This document shows, in pieces, positions 57,315 through 64,000 of a stretch of DNA of 64,000 nt (the first letter of the stretch is position 1; every line of letters starts with the position of its first letter). The notes under the pieces are model-generated. The model searched no databases, was not told the origin of the DNA, and saw nothing but the letters and a program-made list of their open reading frames with translations. A program made the position numbers and the translations under genes. The DNA comes from Candidatus Nanohaloarchaea archaeon (GTDB taxonomy: Archaea > Nanohalarchaeota > Nanosalinia > Nanosalinales > Nanosalinaceae), in the NCBI GenBank assembly GCA_013343275.1, contig CP046106.1, positions 32,001 through 96,000 of the forward strand. Reading direction: 5' to 3'.

Positions 57315-57635
57315 TTATTCTGGAGTGATGTCTGCTCCAATTGCTTTCTTGATTTTCTCCTGCAACCGTTCGCTTTCTGCTTCCTCGGAAAGCGGTACTA
57401 CGACAGGATCTACCGAGCTGCTTACGTTCTTCTGGATTCTCTCCGGTAGCTCCTTTAGATCCTTCTCTTTCACTACCAGGATACCGATGTCTTCTCTGCT
57501 GGTTAGTTCCTGAATCTTTTCCCTGTAGTTTTCCTTTTCGAATACCTTCTCTACTCCTGCAAGCTGGAATCCAAGCGTGAAGTCCTGATCTCCGATCACT
57601 GCAAGATTCTTTTTCTCCATATCTTCGTCTGTCAT
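57315..57635 (-). CDS. atpF: A-type ATP synthase subunit F
   Basis: AVIGDQDFTLGFQLAGV and IKKAIGADI motifs. Confidence 0.95.
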   Translation of the reverse strand: MTDEDMEKKNLAVIGDQDFTLGFQLAGVEKVFEKENYREKIQELTSREDIGILVVKEKDLKELPERIQKNVSSSVDPVVVPLSEEAESERLQEKIKKAIGADITPE

Positions 57636-57641
57636 TCAATT

Positions 57642-58652
57642 TCACCTTTCTGGAACAATCAAGTTTCTTCTGATGGTTTCGATATTGTGGATACCTGTCT
57701 CCTTCGCTCTGATCAGCATCCGGAGATTTTCAACCTCTGTAATTTTCGCAACAACGTATCCAATAATCGAGGTAAGGCCCAGTGGCTCTGTGTGGAGCAT
57801 TTTCAAGGCCTTCCGCAGTCTCTTTACTTCCAGTTCTCTTTCTATCTCCTCGAGGTCTTCGTCAGTTGAGCTTATTCTCTCTTCCTCGGCAAGTATCTCT
57901 ACTGCGTGATTGAGGTCTTCTGCCTCGATTACTTTGTCCACTATTTCCGATCCGCCGTTCTCTATCATCCTTTCCCGGATTTCCTCTCTTCCCTGTCCGT
58001 GTTTTTTCAGCCTTAATGCGACCGTAAGGTTCTGGTGTTCCATCTCTCTTTTCAGGAAGTTCTGGAACTCCTCGCTTCTTACCTCTCCCGCCAGAAGCTC
58101 TAGTTCGTCGAAATGGGCCTGGTCGAGAGCTGTCTCAATCTCTGATACAGATTCCTTCCCTTCAAGGTAGTTGCTGTAATCTATCTTGGCGTCAAAGTCT
58201 AGTTCATCCACGATTTCGTCGAGGTCTTTCTCCGATAGTTCCTTGAGTTCTTTGTAGGTGAAGCTGGAGACAGGGGTTAGAATCGACTCTATGTCGAGGT
58301 CTCCTTGGTCACTAAGCTTCCACCTGAGCAGCCTCTTGATGCTTAAAATATCGTACCTTCTGAGGTAGGCCTCCAGGATTTCGCTCAGATCCTCTGGCGC
58401 CATCTCCACAAGTTCGGACAGGGAACGGGCCAGGTTGCGTGTGAGTCCTAGTTCAACCAGTCGTACACCATCGTAGTTCGACCCTAGTGCATCGATATCT
58501 TCCTTGTACTCTCCTTCTTCCAGATTTCTCGAAATCTCGTTTACACCCATCTTCATGAAGTTCTCGTAGTCGCTGCTCTCCAGAAGCTTTGCCTTCTTGG
58601 CGCTGACACGGGCGTACATGTAAGGGTAGTCTCTCTCGGTTCCTAGGGCCAT
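57642..58652 (-). CDS. atpC: A-type ATP synthase subunit C
   Basis: YPYMYARVSAKKAKLL, YDILSIK and EVENLRMLIRAK; operon position. Confidence 0.93.
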   Translation of the reverse strand: MALGTERDYPYMYARVSAKKAKLLESSDYENFMKMGVNEISRNLEEGEYKEDIDALGSNYDGVRLVELGLTRNLARSLSELVEMAPEDLSEILEAYLRRYDILSIKRLLRWKLSDQGDLDIESILTPVSSFTYKELKELSEKDLDEIVDELDFDAKIDYSNYLEGKESVSEIETALDQAHFDELELLAGEVRSEEFQNFLKREMEHQNLTVALRLKKHGQGREEIRERMIENGGSEIVDKVIEAEDLNHAVEILAEEERISSTDEDLEEIERELEVKRLRKALKMLHTEPLGLTSIIGYVVAKITEVENLRMLIRAKETGIHNIETIRRNLIVPER

Positions 58653-58661
58653 GTTCTCCAC

Positions 58662-59204
58662 TCAGTTAAACAGTTTCTCCGCTACCTGATTTCTGTAGTT
58701 TTCACGGTAGTTCTCAACGATTTTATCTAGTTTAAAGTTCAGACGCTTTAATCCGTCTTCAGAAACCACTACAAGACCTTCGTCTTCAATCTCCTCGAAG
58801 TCGTAACCTTCGCTCTCTACTGCGTCTTCAAGGCCTTCGCTGCCCTGAATCTTCCCTACGTCGAAATCTGCCTTTTCAACACAGCTCGTGACGAATTCTT
58901 CCTGGTTGTCATCTACTTTCTCGGAGAGTTCGTCTCTGAACTCGTCGAATACATTGTTCAGTGCGTTCTGCTTGGCTTCGAGCTTTTTCTCCTTGGCCTT
59001 CATTCTGGCGTTTGCAAGGCCTTTCTTCTTGATGGATTCCTTTTCTTCCTCTATCTCTTTCTCTACTCTTTCCTCGATTTTTTCAGCTTCCTGCTGCGCT
59101 TCTTCTCTGATCTCTTCTGCTTCTTCCTCTGCTTCTTCCACTATACTGTTTGCTTTTTCTTCTGCGTCGTTCAAGACTTCTGATTTAACGTCTTCAAGTG
59201 CCAT
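58662..59204 (-). CDS. atpE: A-type ATP synthase subunit E
   Basis: MALEDV..I..EAE coiled coil, GLVVVSEDG and VAEKLF. Confidence 0.92.
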   Translation of the reverse strand: MALEDVKSEVLNDAEEKANSIVEEAEEEAEEIREEAQQEAEKIEERVEKEIEEEKESIKKKGLANARMKAKEKKLEAKQNALNNVFDEFRDELSEKVDDNQEEFVTSCVEKADFDVGKIQGSEGLEDAVESEGYDFEEIEDEGLVVVSEDGLKRLNFKLDKIVENYRENYRNQVAEKLFN

Positions 59205-59257
59205 AGTACTTTTTCCTCCTTTTCTCTACGTATGTCTTCGAATAAATTGAAAGTGGT

Positions 59258-59280
59258 GAAGGGCCTTTGAAGGGCCCTCC
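59258..59280 (-). terminator. GC-rich hairpin downstream of atpK (partial terminator or mRNA stabiliser)
   Basis: GGAGGGCC-CTTCAAA-GGCCCTTC, an 8-bp stem 12 nt after the atpK stop. Confidence 0.55.
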
Positions 59281-59292
59281 GGGTGGTTTTTT

Positions 59293-59526
59293 CTATATGA
59301 ATCCTGTTGCTACCAGTGAGACTACAAGTCCGAAGATAACCATTGTCTCCGGGATAACTGTAAGGATCAGGACGTTACCGAATAGGCTGTCGTCCTCTGC
59401 AAGAGCTCCTACTCCTGCTGATCCAATCTTTGCCTGTGCCCAGGCTGTTGCGAGTGCTGAGAGACCTATTGCTAGGCCTGCACCAATTGCCTGTAGTCCA
59501 CCGATTGCTGCTGTCTCTGTTGCCAT
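59293..59526 (-). CDS. atpK: A-type ATP synthase subunit K (c, single hairpin)
   Basis: GAGLAIGLSA, AQAKIGSAGVGA and IPETMVIFGLVV motifs. Confidence 0.96.
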   Translation of the reverse strand: MATETAAIGGLQAIGAGLAIGLSALATAWAQAKIGSAGVGALAEDDSLFGNVLILTVIPETMVIFGLVVSLVATGFI

Positions 59527-59615
59527 TGTGTGGTTTTCACCTCAAAATATAATTTTGAAAATCCGAGTGGATTTTCTGCTAACAGATTCCGGAAAAGAAT
59601 CTGTGTTTTTCGGCT

Positions 59616-61439
59616 TCATTTTGAAGCCTCTGCTCCGAATGGAGCGTATTTTTTACCGCCTCCTTCGTAGAACTTTCCGAACATCTCCACGTAGTGGAGT
59701 CGGATGCCCTGAAGGAAGCCTTCGATGATTTTGATGAATGAGTTGAATGTGTGTCCGAATACCAGTACTACTAGGCCTAGAGTGATTCCGAGCACTGTTC
59801 CTGACTGGAAAAGCGGTTCAGCCAGTGAGTTGACTACTACGGCTAGTGATACTGCTGCTACTGATACTCCGAATAGTCGGAGGTAGGACAGGATATTGGA
59901 CATCAGTGATGGGATCTCTACTACTCCTTCGATACCCTCTCCCAGGTAGAGTGTGATGACTGAGAGCAGGATTACTGGCAGGCCTGCTTCCATACCGACA
60001 AAGTACCATAGTGCTGCACCTGCTTCGAGTGCAATCCATGATCCTTTCTCAAGCAAGGCCTCTTTGATGCCGTGCCGGTTGAACTCGTTGTACGCCCCGA
60101 TCAGGTAGCCTAGGTTGACATGTACCAGTCCGATAAGTGCTGAGATCGTGAATACCTGGCCTAGGTGCTCTGCTCTGTGGAACAGTACCGGGATCTGGCT
60201 GAACACGTGCAGTCCGAACTGTTCTGCCAGTATGGAGTGCGATCCGAAGATCATGTATCCGAATGCGTCTCCGAACGCCAGGCCGAAGGCCATAGTGGCG
60301 ATGGAGGCGTACATGAGCGACTTGAATATTTCCTCGGCTCCGTCAATCATACGGTATCCTGCGTAGAAGATTGCGAACGTGGAGAGTCCGTATCCGAAGT
60401 CTCCGATCATGAATCCGAAGAATAGAGGGAATGTAAGCATGAGGATGACTGATGGATCAAGTTCGTCGTGTCGTGGTACTGCCATCAGATCTGTAAGAGA
60501 TTCGAAAGGCTGTACGAACCGGTTGTTGTCGTGCTGTACAGGAGGGTTGTCTCCTTCCTCTTTCTGGATATGTACCTTTCCTTCGGTTACTTCTGCTACT
60601 CTCTCCTCGAAGTCGTCGAATGACTCGGAAGGTATCCATCCTTCTATGATGAATGTGTTTTCTGTAGTACCAAACTTCAGAGGTACTTCTGCCTTCTCGA
60701 TTCTTTCTGTAAGGTATTCGTCGGCTGTTTCAAGCTTACCTCTCCACTCGTGAGCTATATCTTCCAGCTCCGACTCTACCTGCTCTATCTCCTCTCTGTA
60801 CTCTTCTTTCTGTGACTGTGCGTTGCTTACTATGCTTTCAGGAGTTCCTGAGTAATCGCCTTCAGGTAGTTCAAAACTTCTCTCCTGAACATCCATCAAC
60901 ACATCTTCTACGCCGGAGTCTTTCTCGTAGACAACAACTGTAGCTCCGTTTCCTTCAAGAACCTCGTAGTTACCGGAGGCCTGCGATCTGAACTCTTCCT
61001 CATCAAGGACTCCGATGAAGACATCCAGGTTCTCTGACCCTTCAAGGTCCTCGTAGGTTAGGCCTGTTCCTGATACTTTTCTGAAGAACTTTCTATCATC
61101 ATTTAAACTTGAGATCTTTCTGCTGAATTCTTCTTTCTTTGCTGTAAGCCTGTCGATATCGGACGAAATCTGCTCTACGTTGTCCTGTATCTCTTCAAGA
61201 TCTAAATCTTCTTCTTCGGTTTCTACTTCCGGAAGCTTTGATTCGAGAGATCTTATATCGACTAGAAGCTGTGAGAGGTCCTCTGCCTCTTCAAAGGGTT
61301 CTCCTGTATCAAGCTCTCCGTCGTAAGATTCTATATCCAGAATTTCGAGAGAGTGGAGTTCATCGATAACATCTTTTAGATATTTCTTCGGGCCGGTTAC
61401 TGAGGTTTTGGTCATCTCTGCTGGTTTTATTTTAATCAC
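59616..61439 (-). CDS. atpI: A-type ATP synthase subunit I (a)
   Basis: KPAEM, IEGWIP, ELDP, FFGFMIGDFGYG, SYLRL and RLHYVEMFGKFYEGGG. The true start may be ATA at 61430. Confidence 0.96.
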   Translation of the reverse strand: MIKIKPAEMTKTSVTGPKKYLKDVIDELHSLEILDIESYDGELDTGEPFEEAEDLSQLLVDIRSLESKLPEVETEEEDLDLEEIQDNVEQISSDIDRLTAKKEEFSRKISSLNDDRKFFRKVSGTGLTYEDLEGSENLDVFIGVLDEEEFRSQASGNYEVLEGNGATVVVYEKDSGVEDVLMDVQERSFELPEGDYSGTPESIVSNAQSQKEEYREEIEQVESELEDIAHEWRGKLETADEYLTERIEKAEVPLKFGTTENTFIIEGWIPSESFDDFEERVAEVTEGKVHIQKEEGDNPPVQHDNNRFVQPFESLTDLMAVPRHDELDPSVILMLTFPLFFGFMIGDFGYGLSTFAIFYAGYRMIDGAEEIFKSLMYASIATMAFGLAFGDAFGYMIFGSHSILAEQFGLHVFSQIPVLFHRAEHLGQVFTISALIGLVHVNLGYLIGAYNEFNRHGIKEALLEKGSWIALEAGAALWYFVGMEAGLPVILLSVITLYLGEGIEGVVEIPSLMSNILSYLRLFGVSVAAVSLAVVVNSLAEPLFQSGTVLGITLGLVVLVFGHTFNSFIKIIEGFLQGIRLHYVEMFGKFYEGGGKKYAPFGAEASK

Positions 61440-61757
61440 CTAGAGGAAGTCTTCTCTAAATTGCTGTTCCAGAACTTCTTTTGCTTCCTCGCTGTTTTCC
61501 TTGGCATGCTGCTTGGTATCTGCGGCTTCGTCTTCTCCTTCTTCAATTATCTCTTCTTTCTGCTCTTCTATCTCTTTACGGAAGTCTCTGAGTTCCTTCT
61601 CCTTTCTCTCCTGCATGTTTTCCTTCTTGCTGTCTACTATTTCATCTGCCTCTTCCCTGGCATCGGAAAGAATCTCTTCCCTGCTTTCCTCTGCGTCTTC
61701 GATAATGGATTTGGCGTCTTTCTCTGCCTTTTTGACTTCTTGTACTACATTACTCAA
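61440..61757 (-). CDS. atpH: A-type ATP synthase subunit H
   Basis: VVQEVKKAEKDAKSIIEDA coiled coil; first gene of the operon; TTG start at 61757. Confidence 0.85.
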   Translation of the reverse strand: MSNVVQEVKKAEKDAKSIIEDAEESREEILSDAREEADEIVDSKKENMQERKEKELRDFRKEIEEQKEEIIEEGEDEAADTKQHAKENSEEAKEVLEQQFREDFL

Positions 61758-61894
61758 AACAAAACCACCGCAAGAAAACATGAGCATTGAAAGGTTTATA
61801 AAAGGTGCGAGCAGCTTTTCTCCGCCTCCTCTTTAAAAGAGTTGCGCTGACCCTGGTTTCTGATTTAAAAATAGTTCTCGATACATCAAGATAC

Positions 61895-62983
61895 ATGGAA
61901 GAAAGAGGCCTGAAAATCTTCGTACCGGAAGAAGAGGAGCCTGGGAAAGACTCCAGCGTATTCTACAATAAAGATATGAAGAATAATAGAGACATATCAG
62001 AGGCCGCGCTCAAAGTCTTCCGTGAAAAAGTAGATGTGCCGGAGTTCAACATCGCAGACGCACTTGCAGCATCGGGCATCAGAGGATTCCGGTACGCAGA
62101 CCAGGGAAACATCTACCTGAACGATGCAAACCCCAAGGCCATCGAAAGCATACAGAAAGGCCTTGAAGAAAATAATATCGAGGCCGAGGTCTCGGAGCAG
62201 GACGCCAACGTTTTCCTGTCGGAGAACAGAAACTTTCTCCACTTCATCGACATCGATCCCTTCGGTCCTTTCACACCATATCTTGATTCTACAGCTAGAG
62301 CAGCTAACTACCAGAGCTTCGTAGGCCTTACAGCTACAGATAATGCAGTACCAGCAGGTAGCTACAAGAAAACATGTATGAGACGGTATGGATCGACGCC
62401 GATGAAAAACTCCTTAATGCATGAGACAGGCCTCAGAATTTACATCAAGGAAGTGTTCCAGAACTTCGCAAGATACGATAAATGCTTTGATCCGAAGATC
62501 TGCTGGCATGAAAGACATTACTCAAGAGTAATGGGTCGAGTCACTGAATCAAAAAGCCGGACTAACCGGGCCCTCGAAAATATAGGCTACATGAGTTTCT
62601 GTCCGGAGTGCAGGTGGCGGAAACTGGAGGAAGTCGATGAATGCGGTCACTGTGGAGCTGAAGTGAAGCTTGCCGGCCCTCTATGGACCGGAAAGATCTC
62701 TGATCAAAGGTTCACGGAAGAGGTGCTCCAAGAGATGCCGGAAGACTGGGATTCTAGAGAAATTGTAGAGTTGTTGGATTCGGAGGCCGAGATACTGACA
62801 CCTTTCTACGACCTCCATAAAATGGCCTCGTCCACAGGAGTTATGGCGCCGAAAAGAGAGGACGTTATACAGGAACTGCAGGATAAGGGCTATCCTGTTT
62901 CCAGAACTCACTTTGCACCAACCGGTATAAGGACGGATGCGCCGATAGAAGATATTATTGAGATAATGAAGGCCTTAGAATAG
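61895..62983 (+). CDS. trm1: tRNA (guanine-26-N2)-dimethyltransferase Trm1
   Basis: VFYN..NRDIS, DALAASGIRGFRY, IDIDPFG, TATD, CPEC..CGHC, GPLWTG and RTHF..GIRTDA. Confidence 0.95.
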   Translation: MEERGLKIFVPEEEEPGKDSSVFYNKDMKNNRDISEAALKVFREKVDVPEFNIADALAASGIRGFRYADQGNIYLNDANPKAIESIQKGLEENNIEAEVSEQDANVFLSENRNFLHFIDIDPFGPFTPYLDSTARAANYQSFVGLTATDNAVPAGSYKKTCMRRYGSTPMKNSLMHETGLRIYIKEVFQNFARYDKCFDPKICWHERHYSRVMGRVTESKSRTNRALENIGYMSFCPECRWRKLEEVDECGHCGAEVKLAGPLWTGKISDQRFTEEVLQEMPEDWDSREIVELLDSEAEILTPFYDLHKMASSTGVMAPKREDVIQELQDKGYPVSRTHFAPTGIRTDAPIEDIIEIMKALE

Positions 62984-63057
62984 TTTCAGGCTGTAACTGG
63001 TTCTGTAAAATGTGTGGCGAACTTTTTTAAATCGGCTGGTCACAGGTTTTAATGTAA

Positions 63058-63501
63058 ATGGAGTACAGCAACCGCAGTTACAGCTCTAATCGATCTCAAC
63101 CGCCAGAGATAGAAAAGGGAGCTGATGAAGTGTCTGGAGCGGATAAAGCTGAAATTAACAGTCTTTTCTCGGAATTGGGTGTAGATGCAACTGCGGAGGA
63201 GGTTCTTGACGGCGCAGAGACTGCGGAAGTCTACATGCATGTCCAGCTTGAAGACGATCATGCTGAAAACTACTGGAGGGCCACCGTGGATAATAGGGAT
63301 GTCCTTGCTGAAGAGATAAAGGTTGGATTTGTTATCGATGGAGAGGAAGGGCCTGATTACCGGGCAGAAAATGTTCAGAAACCTGCTTACGATATCTTCA
63401 ACTTATCGAGTTACATGGAAACTGAGGACGCTATGGCTGAAGATGATTTACATGAGGTATCTGCTGATGCTGAAATTCAAGAAGCGGCATCTACAGACTA
63501 G
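63058..63501 (+). CDS. Hypothetical acidic protein
   Basis: 147-aa D/E-rich ORF filling the gap between trm1 and tfb. Confidence 0.65.
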   Translation: MEYSNRSYSSNRSQPPEIEKGADEVSGADKAEINSLFSELGVDATAEEVLDGAETAEVYMHVQLEDDHAENYWRATVDNRDVLAEEIKVGFVIDGEEGPDYRAENVQKPAYDIFNLSSYMETEDAMAEDDLHEVSADAEIQEAASTD

Positions 63502-63551
63502 CTAATTTACCCATAATAGAATAAAGGAGAAAGAAATGTGAGAAAAGGCCT

Positions 63552-64000
63552 TTAATTGGATTTCTCTTCTAGTTCTTCTTCGAGGCCTAGTTTCTCTGCA
63601 AGTTCTTTGTAGCGGTTTCTGATTGTTACTTCTGTGACTCCTACTACATCTGCTACTTCTCTCTGAGTTCTCTTCTCGCCTTCAAGTACTGCTGCGATGT
63701 AGAGTGCGGCTGCGGCAAGTCCTGTTGGGCCTTTACCTGATAGAAGGTCTCTTTCACGTGCTTCCTTCAGGATGTTGCGTGCTCGTGCCTGGACTTCCCC
63801 TGATAGCTGGAGTTTTCCAGCGAATCTTGGTACATAGTCCTGTGGCTTTGCTGGCAGGATTCTGAGGCCTAGTTCTCTTGCGACGTATCTGTATGCGCGT
63901 CCGATCTCTCTTTTTTCGATTCCGGATGCGTCTGAGATTTCGTCGAGAGTTCTTGGGGTTCCCTGCTTTCTTGCTACAATGTAGATAATTGCAGAGATGA
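63552..64000 (-). CDS. tfb: Transcription initiation factor IIB, C-terminal part (start outside the window)
   Basis: Manual translation gives PRTLDEISDAS..KEIGRAYRYVARELGL, DYVPRFA, SGKGPTGLAAAALYIA and RTQREVADVVGVTEVTIRNRYKEL. Confidence 0.96.
   Translation of the reverse strand, partial: ISAIIYIVARKQGTPRTLDEISDASGIEKREIGRAYRYVARELGLRILPAKPQDYVPRFAGKLQLSGEVQARARNILKEARERDLLSGKGPTGLAAAALYIAAVLEGEKRTQREVADVVGVTEVTIRNRYKELAEKLGLEEELEEKSN

Noticed and set aside
1-64000. CRISPR arrays, IS elements, integrases, rRNA genes
   Set aside because: No regularly spaced repeats, transposase or integrase motifs, or rRNA-like stretches were seen; nearly all sequence is accounted for by CDS.

Overview
This is a gene-dense archaeal chromosome segment of roughly mid-40s % GC. 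The proteome is strongly acidic, genes overlap tightly and GGTGA ribosome-binding sites are common. These traits best fit a nanohaloarchaeon (DPANN); this is an inference from composition and gene content. Housekeeping content includes split rpoB with rpoH, radC and nucS, an AsnB-Dph6 fusion, msrA, tRNA-Lys(CUU), endonuclease V and the rps15-recJ-rps3ae cluster. It also holds the rps6e-eif2g-PIN-rpoE-spt4-rps24e-rps27ae-kae1-sua5-bud32 superoperon, trkH/trkA, an NrtR-regulated NAD salvage operon, photolyase, a coiled-coil histone, MoxR/DUF58, a complete A-type ATP synthase operon, trm1 and tfb. The strongest candidate for an undescribed system is a five-gene insert between eif2g and the PIN gene (22344-27530). 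It encodes an MscS channel fused to a papain-like C39/phytochelatin-synthase-like domain with an intact Cys-His-Asp triad, a degenerate and an intact RimK ligase, a GCS2 glutamate ligase and a third ATP-grasp ligase, suggesting a gamma-glutamyl peptide synthesis, processing and release module. Other notable signals are window-wide over-representation of the palindrome AGGCCT, an unlisted 46-aa Lys-rich peptide after trkA and a 25-codon ORF bridging the two rpoB halves. There is also a duplicated tRNA 5' end, a structured rps6e leader and likely ATC/ATA start codons. No CRISPR array, IS element or rRNA was seen. All protein calls come from motif recognition by eye, not database searches.
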